From: Promethearchaeota archaeon
GTDB lineage: Archaea; Asgardarchaeota; Lokiarchaeia; Sigyniarchaeales; SOKP01
DNA: 64,000 nucleotides
Direction of reading: 5' to 3'
NCBI GenBank assembly: GCA_019058445.1
Contig: JAHPZA010000010.1
Span: 448,001 to 512,000, forward strand
This document shows positions 1-10,255 of the stretch, in pieces (the first letter of the stretch is position 1; each line of letters opens with the position of its first letter). Under the pieces are notes generated by a model. That model made no database searches, was not told the DNA's origin, and saw nothing but the letters and a program-made list of their open reading frames with translations. The position numbers and the translations under genes are program-made.

Positions 1-501
1 ATCAAAAAAGATAGTGACAAAAATATTGATAAATATAAAGAAATAATTTTTATTGGTTATCGAATTCCACGAATAATTTATAGCTTTACGTATGATAATG
101 AAAATACATATATTGATAATACATATTTTATAACAAGAAAAAAGCCTACATCTTTTTCTTTAAAATATGTTATTGCAGTTTTGAATTCGGAATTAATGAG
201 ATATTATATTGATCATGTAGGTAAAAAAAAGGATTTTGAAATTGAAATAGGGGCTAATTTTATTAATAGTTTGCCTTTAATTAATAAAAGGGGATCTTTA
301 ACTAAGGAAGATTTGAGCAGAATTGAAGAACTTGAATTATTAATTTCAAAAATCATAAAATTTGAGCAAAGTAACAAAAATATTGATGAATTAATTGAAA
401 GATTAAATAATCATGTATACAATTTATATCGAATTACAGGAGAAGAGCAGAAATTAATAAAAACCTATCTAAATAAGATTCATTCAATATTATATAAATA
501 A
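1..501 (+). CDS. C-terminal part of a type IIG/Eco57I/TaqI-like restriction-modification methyltransferase (specificity domain), truncated by window start
   Basis: Frame +1 is open from base 1 (…FTYDNENTYIDNTYFI…LKYVIAVLNSELMRYY…LPLI…LNNHVYNLYRITGEEQKLI), resembling the TaqI_C-like tail of such enzymes. Confidence 0.7.
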   Translation: MKKDSDKNIDKYKEIIFIGYRIPRIIYSFTYDNENTYIDNTYFITRKKPTSFSLKYVIAVLNSELMRYYIDHVGKKKDFEIEIGANFINSLPLINKRGSLTKEDLSRIEELELLISKIIKFEQSNKNIDELIERLNNHVYNLYRITGEEQKLIKTYLNKIHSILYK

Positions 502-695
502 AATCGAATTTTTGATCCTTTTATCTCATACCCATAAATATCATATTAGGAATTGGTCTTTTTTTGTTCAGATAATAACGCTATCTAAATGAATAATTCA
601 TCAGTCTCTTAATTAATTAATTTTATTAATCTAATTAAAAATCTAACACTAAATATAAATATAAGATTTCTTGAAGCTTAAATTTTAAGGAATTC

Positions 696-1922
696 TTGAT
701 TTTAATGATGAACAATGTCAAAATGGAAAAGAAAACCTACACAACATCGATGCTCATAAAAGATATTAAAAATGAAATCACAAAATTAATTTCTTTAAAA
801 AATCTATACAATGGAATACTATCAAATGAAAAATTAAGCGTAATTTTAGGTCAATCAAAAACTCATGTAGAGACTATTAAGAGATCAGTAAAATTAAATC
901 CAAAATATCAAATTGCAAATTATTTCATTGAGGGCTATAAAACAAATTTACAAAATCAATTCGGTAATAAAAGTAAGGAAGTAATAGAATATATTAATAA
1001 ATATCAGAATTTAAATAAGCTTAAATGGAAGAATATGGATAACAATGTTTTAAAATATCATCCTAATTTAAAATTGGATTATTTTAAATCAATTGATTCC
1101 AAAGAAAAAGCTTATTGGTTAGGATGGATATTTGCTGAAGGTTATTTTTCTTATGATTCTAAAAATAATTCAATAGTATTTGGAGTAGAAATTAGTAGAA
1201 ATGATATAATTCTAATAGAAAGATTTACGCATGATATTGGATATAATCTTGAACATAAGTATAAAAGATCTGAAAGCAATACAATTGCTATTTATACAAG
1301 AGGTAAGAAATTTGTCCAAAATTTAATAGATCAATTCACGACTAATTTAAAACTAAAAAAGCCTGATGTTATAGGAAACCAAAAATCAAAAGGAATAATT
1401 TTACCTGAATTTGGCAATCGAGAACTGAATTTAGCCTTCCTTCTTGGATTTTATGATGGAGATGGGATTCAAGGCGAAACAGCAATTACTTGTGGAAGTA
1501 AAAAGTTTTTGGAGGGGATAAAGAAAAAATATAATTTAGTCCATCAAATAAGATATTATAAATCGAAATCAATATTGAATGATAGATTAATTGAAGGTTC
1601 AGGTTGGCGATTGAGTTTAGGTGCAAAGTTATTCAATGAAATGATGTATAATTATAGGAGAAGTTTACCTCGAAAGCGAAAATTATTCGAATTAAAAGAG
1701 GAGAAGGCAATTAGATTAGCCAATTATGCAATAAGCCGAAAAAAATTTAAGTTTACTAAATTGCAATTAGAAAAATTAGTATGGGAAATGCCATTGAATA
1801 AAATTGCAGAACTACATAATATTCAGTTTAAGATTCAAATATCAGAATCCCTAATTGGTAAATATTGTAAAAAGTGGAATATTCAAAAGCCAAATCGAGG
1901 ATATTGGAGAACAGTAAAATAA
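696..1922 (+). CDS. Free-standing double-motif LAGLIDADG homing-endonuclease-like protein with C-terminal HTH-like domain
   Basis: Motifs AYWLGWIFAEG and AFLLGFYDGDG; C-terminal KLVWEMPLNKIAE…CKKWNIQKPNRGYW. Confidence 0.8.
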   Translation: MILMMNNVKMEKKTYTTSMLIKDIKNEITKLISLKNLYNGILSNEKLSVILGQSKTHVETIKRSVKLNPKYQIANYFIEGYKTNLQNQFGNKSKEVIEYINKYQNLNKLKWKNMDNNVLKYHPNLKLDYFKSIDSKEKAYWLGWIFAEGYFSYDSKNNSIVFGVEISRNDIILIERFTHDIGYNLEHKYKRSESNTIAIYTRGKKFVQNLIDQFTTNLKLKKPDVIGNQKSKGIILPEFGNRELNLAFLLGFYDGDGIQGETAITCGSKKFLEGIKKKYNLVHQIRYYKSKSILNDRLIEGSGWRLSLGAKLFNEMMYNYRRSLPRKRKLFELKEEKAIRLANYAISRKKFKFTKLQLEKLVWEMPLNKIAELHNIQFKIQISESLIGKYCKKWNIQKPNRGYWRTVK

Positions 1923-2013
1923 ATTAATTAAAATTTATTAAAAATGATTGATCTTCTTTTTTAACCGAGATTGATTTCTTTTGTAAAGTTAGTTTTTAAT
2001 TATAAGATAATCT

Positions 2014-2265
2014 TGGAATGATATCTATTCTTATCAAACAAGAACGAGATCAAAGGAATACTTTGGATATCCCACTTAAAAACCAATAGAACTTCTTGAA
2101 CGAATAGTATTAGCCTCTTCAAATGAAAGAGATATTGTTGCAGATTTTTTTTGTGGAACAGGAACTACACTGCTGGCAGCAAAAAAACATAATAGAATTT
2201 GGATTGGAACTGATAATAATCCTAATGCTATTGATCTATGTCGAAAAAGACTTGGATTATCTTGA
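2014..2265 (+). pseudogene. Fragment of a beta-class N6-adenine/N4-cytosine DNA methyltransferase
   Basis: Frame +1 reads WNDI…[49 protein letters not shown]; TAA at 2077-2079 replaces Q of YPTQKP; N-terminal half absent. Confidence 0.85.
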
Positions 2266-2350
2266 TAAAACAATTAATCTCTAATAATTAAATGCATTTC
2301 ACAATTCAACAATTTAAGTTAAAATGATTTATTTGAAAGGTGTGATTTAA

Positions 2351-2701
2351 TTGGGAGGAAAATATGCATTATTTGCCTTTAATGGTGATCCGATGTGTTT
2401 TATTCATGTTATTTTAAACGCATTGGATATGAACAGTAAAGGACACGATATTAAAGTCATAGTCGAAGGTTCCGCATGCAAGTTAGCAAGTGAATTTGAA
2501 AATCAGACGAATCCTTTTTACAAAAAATATCAGGAATTAAAAGAAAAGGGATTACTCGATTGTTTTTGTAAAGCTTGTAGTAATAAAATGGGTTCATTAG
2601 AACAGGTAGAAGAAATTGGGTTTTCTACCTGTGATGAAATGATGGGACACCCAAGCATGGCTAAATATATTGACCAAGGTTATATAATAATTACTTTTTA
2701 A
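2351..2701 (+). CDS. DsrE-family protein
   Basis: IVEG motif, CxxC (CKAC), typical C-terminal GYIIITF. Confidence 0.7.
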   Translation: MGGKYALFAFNGDPMCFIHVILNALDMNSKGHDIKVIVEGSACKLASEFENQTNPFYKKYQELKEKGLLDCFCKACSNKMGSLEQVEEIGFSTCDEMMGHPSMAKYIDQGYIIITF

Positions 2702-2751
2702 TGAGTAAAGTTCAGTAAATTTTTATTAAGGTTATTCCAAAAAATTTTTTT

Positions 2752-3129
2752 TTATTCCTTTTGGATAATGATTTTTTCAATTCCTACCCATTTTTTTGCC
2801 TCATCTAAACTTTCAACTATTTTACGTTTTTCTGATCGTGCTTTTTCTAATAAAATTTCTGCTTCTGTATTTAACACAGGGCTTTTTCCTATAACATAAG
2901 CAGCTTTAATTAGCTTTTGATTGATACTTTTTAAAAAATCCAAGATAATTGAAAAGGATTTTAAATTAAGTATGATTAAATCAACACCATCGACAATTGA
3001 AGAAATACTTGCTAAATTTTCAGTTTTCTCTTTAAAATCTTTCACTAATTTTTTGGCCACTGACGGAGGCATGGTTCCAAGTGCTTTAATATAAAAAACA
3101 TTTTCCCCTATTTTTTCAATTTTATACAT
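2752..3129 (-). CDS. Hypothetical protein, STAS/SpoIIAA-like
   Basis: Size, alpha/beta pattern and C-terminal ESLDEAKKW. Confidence 0.45.
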   Translation of the reverse strand: MYKIEKIGENVFYIKALGTMPPSVAKKLVKDFKEKTENLASISSIVDGVDLIILNLKSFSIILDFLKSINQKLIKAAYVIGKSPVLNTEAEILLEKARSEKRKIVESLDEAKKWVGIEKIIIQKE

Positions 3130-3201
3130 ATCATTTAATATTGAATTGTAATATTCTTAATATTATATTTTGAAAATATGATATATTATTTTTTCCTTTA
3201 A

Positions 3202-5199
3202 TTGATAAACCATATTGAAATCATGAGAATTAATAGGAGTACAAAATTAAATCTAATCAATTCGAGATTCGGTTCAAGGCTCACATTAAATCTAAATTTC
3301 TCAGAACATTCAATTGAAACGGGCAATTTAGGGATTGACCTTTCTAATGAGAAAAAGATTAGATATTCTCATCAATTTTTACAGCAATTAAGATTCTTTG
3401 TTAAATCCGGCAGTTCCGAACATGAAGGATTTTATTTTTCGAAATTGAATTCATATCTCGCAAGTCAAGAACTATTTTTAGGGTTAACATATATTATATT
3501 AAAAGGAATTCATTCTTCAGAGTTAGAAATTAAATTTACGATTCACAGTCCGTTAGCTATTTCTCAACAGTTAGAAAATGATGAAGATATTAAGATCTTG
3601 CATTCTCCATTTTTCTATATTGATATTGAAATAAAGAACATTTCCAATATTAACCAAGACATCTCCACATTTATAGGATTTGATATGGAGGGCCAATTAA
3701 TTAATAAAAATCTAATTCTTGATGATAAAGGAAATAGCATCCTTGGAAAAGGAGAAAAAAAGTTTATTTTAAAAAATCTACAACCAGAACAAGAAAAATA
3801 TCATATTGATGAGGAGGGAATATTTAGAGGGTATTTAACTACACTACAAATAGAACCAGGGGAAAATTTTAAATTAGGATATATTTATGCAGGTTTTACA
3901 GATGAGTTTGTGTTTTTAAATAAATTCAAGTTAAAAAAGCCATATAAATTAAAATTTTATTATACTAAATTCTTTTCCAGCTTAGATGAGGTAATAGAAT
4001 ATGCTGTGATAAAACGCAATGAGATTTTAGAAAAATCGGATGCGTTTGAACATCTTCTTACTTCCTATGAGGCTCCACCAGAAAAAAAATTCTTAATAGC
4101 AATTGCTTTTAGGACATTTTTAGCAAATACTTGGCTTTTAATATCTGAAATGGGAACAGTTGAGTATTACGTGTGGGAAGGAAATTTTGGAATGAATTCT
4201 TCTGTCGATGTTGCGATGGAAGTAGAACTACTCGCAAAGATTTTTCCTTGGACCTTAATGCTTCAACTAAAAGAATGGAAGAAGTATATTACAATAAACA
4301 AAGTGAATGGACTGTTTTATTTGATGCATGATATGGGTTTGGATCAAGAAGTTGGATATTCTTATTACGAGAACTCTTCAAGTTCAATATATAACAGAAC
4401 TTCTGAATTAAAACCTTTGGCAGTAGAAAACAATGCGAATTTTGCGATTTTATTATATTGGTATTATTTTTTAACTAAAGATAAGGAACTATTAGAAGAT
4501 CTATATCCTTCGGCTTTAAAACTATTAATTGCAAATATAAAAAAGGGATTTAGAAAAAGAGGAATTGCAAATATAGATACAACAACTACCTATAATGCCT
4601 CCGAGTCACTATATAATTCTCCTTTAAATAATTATTTAGGCTTAAAAGAATGTATTTCCTATATCATGTGCCGTGAGTTAAGTAAAATATTAGGCCTAAG
4701 AAAGGATAGCGAACTTTTACAAAAAGAGGCTGAAAAAATATTAGATACTTTAGAATATGCAAAGGATAGATATGGTTATATTCCCGTTTCATTGGATACA
4801 AATTATCCTGGTTGGGATAAAAAGACAATTGCTACAGCTGATCCCTTATTTTATCCCGCCATGACCGGTTTAGAAGACCCGATAATTAATAAAATTATTA
4901 GCATTTTAACTAAAGATTTTGATGATGTTTACCATTTGAATAATACTGGTATCTACGGTATTAGATTAGTAGAAAATGAGAAAATTACATGGTTTTCTAA
5001 AATCGCAATAATTGATGCCGTTTGTAGTATGCTTTTTAAAAGCAAGAAGGATTCTTGGAAATATGCATATGAGTGGAATTTTAATAACCCAATGGCATAC
5101 GTTGATGGAGCATTTTCGAATACCGTAGAGTGGTATGGAAAAAATTATCCAAGAGGGATTTCACTAATGTGGGAAATTATCTACAATTATAAAAAATAG
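3202..5199 (+). CDS. Glycoside hydrolase with (alpha/alpha)6 domain, GH52 beta-xylosidase-like
   Basis: VWEG…SSVDV, HDMG, ENNANF, TTTYNA motifs. Confidence 0.55.
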   Translation: MINHIEIMRINRSTKLNLINSRFGSRLTLNLNFSEHSIETGNLGIDLSNEKKIRYSHQFLQQLRFFVKSGSSEHEGFYFSKLNSYLASQELFLGLTYIILKGIHSSELEIKFTIHSPLAISQQLENDEDIKILHSPFFYIDIEIKNISNINQDISTFIGFDMEGQLINKNLILDDKGNSILGKGEKKFILKNLQPEQEKYHIDEEGIFRGYLTTLQIEPGENFKLGYIYAGFTDEFVFLNKFKLKKPYKLKFYYTKFFSSLDEVIEYAVIKRNEILEKSDAFEHLLTSYEAPPEKKFLIAIAFRTFLANTWLLISEMGTVEYYVWEGNFGMNSSVDVAMEVELLAKIFPWTLMLQLKEWKKYITINKVNGLFYLMHDMGLDQEVGYSYYENSSSSIYNRTSELKPLAVENNANFAILLYWYYFLTKDKELLEDLYPSALKLLIANIKKGFRKRGIANIDTTTTYNASESLYNSPLNNYLGLKECISYIMCRELSKILGLRKDSELLQKEAEKILDTLEYAKDRYGYIPVSLDTNYPGWDKKTIATADPLFYPAMTGLEDPIINKIISILTKDFDDVYHLNNTGIYGIRLVENEKITWFSKIAIIDAVCSMLFKSKKDSWKYAYEWNFNNPMAYVDGAFSNTVEWYGKNYPRGISLMWEIIYNYKK

Positions 5200-5211
5200 A
5201 TGGCAAAATAA

Positions 5212-5314
5212 TGGGAACGGCCGGATTTGAACCGACGACCAAATGACTACGACTCATCTCTATGAGCCGCTCAAGTCTGGAGCCTGCCGCGATACCGGGC
5301 TTCGCCACGTTCCC
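5212..5314 (-). tRNA. trnW: tRNA-Trp(CCA) with a 29-nt intron (5243-5271) at position 42/43
   Basis: Acceptor GGGAACG/CGTTCCC, D stem GCGA/TCGC, anticodon loop CTCCAGA, T arm GTCGG-TTCAAAT-CCGGC; complete bulge-helix-bulge around the intron. Confidence 0.93.
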
Positions 5315-5449
5315 ATGGCATTTTGAAATTGTAATTATTCGTTTATATCCTAATAAAATCCAACATACTATTTGAGTTTAATTGAATATAAAGTGTGAGA
5401 AGGAGTTAAAAAATTTAAAAACAATAGAATATGAAAATTAAATTATATA

Positions 5450-6073
5450 ATGCCATTGAGTAGGTTAAAATTAAAAAGAATTAGTGAATATAATCTCAGA
5501 ACAATAACAATTATACAAATAGTTATAGCAACGATAATTAGCCTTCTTTTTCAATTTGTTTTTCCGCTTAATTGGCAACCATTTGATCGTGCTCTCCATG
5601 GTCCAAATGTTCAACACGGTGACCCAGGAACTAGTGTTGTTCTTTCTACATTAAGCCAATGGTTTTTTTCATTTGCTATAGCATGGCTTATCTATCGAGA
5701 TAATCCATACATCAATAATTTTTTAATATATTCCCTTGTACCCTTACTTAGTGTCTTAATAATGGATATATTTTTAATGTTATTCTGGGATTATATCCAC
5801 TTTACGCCATTGGTAATAGATTTCTATATATTGCTTAAAAAAAGAGAGACACTTTTTCAAAAATGGTTTCCTTATTATCTTGTATTTCTCAGTACCTGGT
5901 ATTGTATTGTATACTTTCTACGTTTAACATACCTCGATCTACCCTTAAATTTATTCATAGCTAATTGGATTGCTATGGGATTGATTGGATTTGGTATATC
6001 TTGTATATTTGAGGATTCAATTTTAAAATCTTATCTTGAAAAGAGAAAACACGCGAATCAAGAAGGAAATTAG
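5450..6073 (+). CDS. Polytopic membrane protein, unknown function
   Basis: About 5-6 hydrophobic segments. Confidence 0.7.
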   Translation: MPLSRLKLKRISEYNLRTITIIQIVIATIISLLFQFVFPLNWQPFDRALHGPNVQHGDPGTSVVLSTLSQWFFSFAIAWLIYRDNPYINNFLIYSLVPLLSVLIMDIFLMLFWDYIHFTPLVIDFYILLKKRETLFQKWFPYYLVFLSTWYCIVYFLRLTYLDLPLNLFIANWIAMGLIGFGISCIFEDSILKSYLEKRKHANQEGN

Positions 6074-6198
6074 CAGAATCTATAATTTCTAATTTATTAG
6101 TAATAGAAGAAAAATTTATTATTTCAAATTAACAAATTATGGTTAAAAAACAACCCAACACTAAATATAAAAAAAATTAGCAAGCTTAGTTTCTTTAT

Positions 6199-6690
6199 TT
6201 AATCTATTTTCCCACCACAAAAAGGACAAATTTCTAAAATTTCTTCTGCACTCTTTAATTTTGCGCCACAAGTAGGACAAAAATTTGGTTTTTCTGGTAA
6301 ACGCATTCCTTTTTGAATTATTTGATACTCAACAGGTTGTTTCTCAACTTCAAGAGCGGGAAATTTATGACCACAATTATTGCATATTGTAATGTCACTT
6401 TTTACGAATTTGTTACATGTTGGACACTTTTTAATTAATTTCAATCCGCAATTTTTACAATATTCACTGTAAATACTTACAGGAGCGTTACAGCGTGAAC
6501 ATATTTTTTTTGGAGTCCAAAAATGTTCAGACATAGCTTGAAATGCTACTACCACTAAAAAGGACAAAGGAATAAAAATAATCCAAAACCAAACAAAAAA
6601 GAACGCCCCGATTAAAGAAAATATCATGAATAAGATAATTATCAAAATCCATAAGCTAATTGCTGTTTTCCTTTTGAGATTTTTAGACAT
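6199..6690 (-). CDS. Membrane-anchored double zinc-ribbon protein
   Basis: Two N-terminal TM segments followed by six CxxC motifs. Confidence 0.75.
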   Translation of the reverse strand: MSKNLKRKTAISLWILIIILFMIFSLIGAFFFVWFWIIFIPLSFLVVVAFQAMSEHFWTPKKICSRCNAPVSIYSEYCKNCGLKLIKKCPTCNKFVKSDITICNNCGHKFPALEVEKQPVEYQIIQKGMRLPEKPNFCPTCGAKLKSAEEILEICPFCGGKID

Positions 6691-6831
6691 AATATTTAAG
6701 TATCTTAATTAGGTTTTATCCAATTTAATTATTTAATAGTATAAATTACACTCTGATTTAATTTTTTTTGGATAAGAATACATCATATTGTTGTAGTGGA
6801 ATTACAATAAGAAATCTTCTAAAATATAAAT

Positions 6832-6999
6832 TTAATCCAGTGGTTTGATTAAAGTGCCGCAGTATGGACAATTTTTAATGTTCTCATTAATTTTTTGACC
6901 ACAAGCAAAACAAATAAGAGTTTTATCTCCAAATTGAATTCTCTCTTCTTCTTCAGGTTGAGATTTATCTCCTTTATGCAGATCCTTTTTATGTGCCAT
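6832..6999 (-). CDS. Small zinc-ribbon protein (55 aa), not in ORF track
   Basis: MAHKKDLH…GDKTLICFACGQKINENIKNCPYCGTLIKPLD*; GTGATG RBS-like upstream. Confidence 0.75.
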   Translation of the reverse strand: MAHKKDLHKGDKSQPEEEERIQFGDKTLICFACGQKINENIKNCPYCGTLIKPLD

Positions 7000-7181
7000 T
7001 TAGTCATCACACTGTTCTTTTGTAAAAGATTTAAGTTCTACTAGATAATTATTTAGATATTCTAATAAAGTAAATATAGACCAATTTTTAAAAAAACCAA
7101 AATTTAAGTTGTTAAAATGATTTTAAACTAATAAGAAAATAAACTAATAAATGAAATTAAGTATAAAATTGGTGATAAAAT

Positions 7182-7391
7182 ATCCCTGGCTCCCATGGCA
7201 GCTTGACAAAGGCCGGAAAGGTTAAACAGCAGACTCCTAAAGTAGAAAAAACGGGAGTTAATTCCAGAAGCAAGAAGCCACCTCGAATGCGATTCCGAGA
7301 AATTTATAAGAAAAGAATTATCAATAGTCAGTTCGGTGGTCAGAAAGACAGTCTTGGTGCTAAACGAAGTTCATTTGGAAAGCGGACATAA
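7182..7391 (+). CDS. rps30e: 30S ribosomal protein S30e (probable ATC start)
   Basis: PGSHGSLTKAGKVKQQTPKV signature; GGTGAT SD at 7171-7176; in-frame TAA at 7176-7178. Confidence 0.9.
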   Translation: MPGSHGSLTKAGKVKQQTPKVEKTGVNSRSKKPPRMRFREIYKKRIINSQFGGQKDSLGAKRSSFGKRT

Positions 7392-7463
7392 TAATCATAG
7401 GAATTTTCGTTTTATTATTAGTGCGCTTCTTATTATTAATTCCTCTTTTTATAAATATTAAGG

Positions 7464-9356
7464 CTATTCTATTATCCCTATGGATCTTAACTGAGCTTTT
7501 AGAATTCTGCTTTGGGATAAATAATAAGCTGAGTTTTCACTATTTTTTACCATAAATTTAAAAAAATCACTCATTAAGAGATTCCATTGGATTGATCGAT
7601 GTATTCCAGGAATAGTTTTTTTTGAGAGGAGTTTTTCAGTTGTTTGAAGGTAAAATAGTGCTTTTTTTGTGTTTTTTCGATAATGAATATAAAACTCTGA
7701 TAATTCAAGTAATAAATCGACAATAAGATCTTGATATTTTATTTCACCTAAATTAATCCCTGAGAAAACTAAATTTAATATTTTTAGAGCTTGAGAGTAT
7801 TTCTTCTTATTTTTGTAATATCTTGCGCGAAACAAATGATATCTTAACTTAACCTTCGTGGAAGAGGTATTTCCTATAAAATAGGCCCTTTTTAAATTAT
7901 TTTTCCCCTCCACCGTGCTATCTTGCTCCAGATTAATTAATCCAAGATAGAGAAGAGCCATTCCTAAGTAATCTTCTTTATTAATCTCGTCTAGAATGAG
8001 TTTCTCATCCTCCAAAGATTTGACAGTTAAATTAAAATGAAGTAGCGCATTTGGAAAATCTTTATTTTTGAAATATATTTTACCCAATTTGTAGTGAATT
8101 TGAATTATGAATTCTACCGGAACATCTCCAGATTTTGAAACTTGTTCGGCATTTTGTAAATAATTTAGAGCGATATTAGTTTGATTAAGTAAGGACGCAA
8201 TTTTTGTCAACTTCAATAATATAGAGACCACGATTTTCTTTTGTTTATGCTTATTAAAGATTTTTAATGCTTCTTCCAGAAGCGCAGAAGCTTCTTCGAA
8301 TTTATAATTTTGGAGTAATTCTTGTACTTCTATTAAATAATTTGAAGACTCTATAACTTCGAAATCAGTTGGCGGGGTATTGAGAAGATCGTAATGGAGC
8401 GGGTATAGTTCCTTTGAAATAAGAGTTTCATAATGTAATGATGAGAAGGGAAAGTTATTTTCATCTTCTTCAAAATCTTCATAAGTTAGTTCTTTTTCAG
8501 GTCTAAATTGCACAAAATCACCATAATTAAATTCTCCGAGTTTTAAAATTTCGATCATAGAATTTAGAAGAAGACGAGTGAATTTAATCCAATGTTCTAT
8601 ATATATCTCTAATTTGAAATTTAGATTCTCTCTGTATAATTCTAAAAGAATATATGGAGTATAAGTGTCAAAAATAGATCGTACATAAAACTTATTGAAT
8701 TCTAATTCTTTGAAATATGAGAAAAAACCTTTCTCAAGGATAAAAAATTCGTCATAAGGCTCATCCTCATTAGAAAAAAATAACGTTTCAGGAGTTCTAA
8801 TTTTAGGTATTCCTTTTTTTAGTTCCCAGGGTTGTTTAAAGGTAGGTTTTAGTCCTAGATTTCTAATTAAATCTATAAGCGTCTTTAAAAAATCGGTTTC
8901 AAGTTCCATAAACTGATCTCTTTTATTCATTAATGAAATTCTAATTCGATTTAACCATGCTCGTTCATTTTCGTTTTTAATTATTTCAGGCATTAGCAAA
9001 TTTAATAAATCCACTATTTTTGTTTTTTCTTTTTCAGTTATGAGCCAGTTATGTTCTATAGAAACTTGATCAGATAAATCTTTCAACATCTTCACCAGAT
9101 AAATTATAGTTTTATAAGCTTTTTGGTCTAAATTCCATAATTTGAATGCAATTGAAAGCCGAAAGTGCGCAACTTCAAAGGGGATATTTAATTTTAAAGG
9201 TAGAAAGACAGGAATTTTAATAGTAAATACAACTAATTTATTTTTTCGGATACTATACCTAAAATAATTCTCAATATAACCATGTATCTTCCAGCCATGT
9301 TGTTCAATTACCTGTCTTAACCTATCAATCTCGTTGGAAGATAATGGTATGGACAT
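7464..9356 (-). CDS. TPR-repeat-containing protein
   Basis: C-terminal helical repeats (HYKLGKIYF…ALLHF, LYLGLINL). Confidence 0.7.
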   Translation of the reverse strand: MSIPLSSNEIDRLRQVIEQHGWKIHGYIENYFRYSIRKNKLVVFTIKIPVFLPLKLNIPFEVAHFRLSIAFKLWNLDQKAYKTIIYLVKMLKDLSDQVSIEHNWLITEKEKTKIVDLLNLLMPEIIKNENERAWLNRIRISLMNKRDQFMELETDFLKTLIDLIRNLGLKPTFKQPWELKKGIPKIRTPETLFFSNEDEPYDEFFILEKGFFSYFKELEFNKFYVRSIFDTYTPYILLELYRENLNFKLEIYIEHWIKFTRLLLNSMIEILKLGEFNYGDFVQFRPEKELTYEDFEEDENNFPFSSLHYETLISKELYPLHYDLLNTPPTDFEVIESSNYLIEVQELLQNYKFEEASALLEEALKIFNKHKQKKIVVSILLKLTKIASLLNQTNIALNYLQNAEQVSKSGDVPVEFIIQIHYKLGKIYFKNKDFPNALLHFNLTVKSLEDEKLILDEINKEDYLGMALLYLGLINLEQDSTVEGKNNLKRAYFIGNTSSTKVKLRYHLFRARYYKNKKKYSQALKILNLVFSGINLGEIKYQDLIVDLLLELSEFYIHYRKNTKKALFYLQTTEKLLSKKTIPGIHRSIQWNLLMSDFFKFMVKNSENSAYYLSQSRILKAQLRSIGIIE

Positions 9357-9548
9357 AATGAAGAATTTCCTATTAATTTTTGAAATATATTCTTATTTTA
9401 CTAATATTAATCTTTCATTATAATTCTTTCATAGATTTTAAATTTAAAGATCGGACTCCATAAAAAAAATATAACTGAACAACTAATATATATTTGAATT
9501 AATTTGTTATTCTTATCGAATGAAAAATTGCATGATACATGATAATTT

Positions 9549-10220
9549 ATGGATATTAAAAAGTTTAACAAGGTTCTAAGTACGAAAATAGCGAAGGCAA
9601 AGAGTTTTGAGAGGAATGGTGATTTAGAAATTGCTATTGAGCTTTGGATAGAGATTTCTGATTTAACATTAAAAGCCTCTAAACAGCCAGAAATAGATTT
9701 TACATATCGACATATGCTAATTAGTAAAACTGAACAAATAATTGATCATGTTAAAGAATTAAAAAATCCAAAGAAAGAAGTTCCTATTGTCGAAAATGAA
9801 ATAGTTCAAGATGAGCTTATTGAACTCCCTGAAGTGAAAGATGGTATAAACCCAGAAGAAGTAAATTCAAATCAAATTGAAGTTGAAGATTTTAAAGAGG
9901 ATCTTTCTCAAAAAGGAAATGAAATGGTTAAGACAAAACACAAAATAATTGAAGATTCTGAAGTAAAAAATATTCCAAACGGAATTAAAGAGATTGAACC
10001 CTCAAAAGACTTCAAGATTATCACGCCCCATGATCCAAACTATGTGGAAAAAATAGAAAAATTAAGTAAGGAAGTAGATATGAATGCATACAAAAAACCT
10101 AAAGGGAACGCTTCAAGCCAAGATAAAATTCTTGGTGATAAAAGAATTTGTTTTGCTTGTGGAGCTATACTTCCACCGAAAGCAGAAATTTGTACTGAAT
10201 GTGGTACTAAATTAGATTAA
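9549..10220 (+). CDS. MIT-like three-helix domain, acidic linker and C-terminal zinc ribbon
   Basis: AKSFERNGDLEIAIELW…IIDHVKELK; CFACG…CTECG. Confidence 0.55.
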   Translation: MDIKKFNKVLSTKIAKAKSFERNGDLEIAIELWIEISDLTLKASKQPEIDFTYRHMLISKTEQIIDHVKELKNPKKEVPIVENEIVQDELIELPEVKDGINPEEVNSNQIEVEDFKEDLSQKGNEMVKTKHKIIEDSEVKNIPNGIKEIEPSKDFKIITPHDPNYVEKIEKLSKEVDMNAYKKPKGNASSQDKILGDKRICFACGAILPPKAEICTECGTKLD

Positions 10221-10255
10221 AATAAAATGGGATATAACAGCATATAATTTCAACT

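Noticed and set aside
696-1922. LAGLIDADG ORF as an intein or intron-encoded element
   Set aside because: No intein terminal motifs (Cys1, His-Asn) and no flanking host exons recognised
2076-2273. 65-aa minus-strand ORF
   Set aside because: Antisense shadow of the methyltransferase pseudogene
5243-5271. Long variable arm, tRNA-Sec, or canonical 37/38 intron
   Set aside because: Anticodon is CCA with a 7-bp acceptor stem; 37/38 splicing would not restore the anticodon stem, whereas the BHB at 42/43 does
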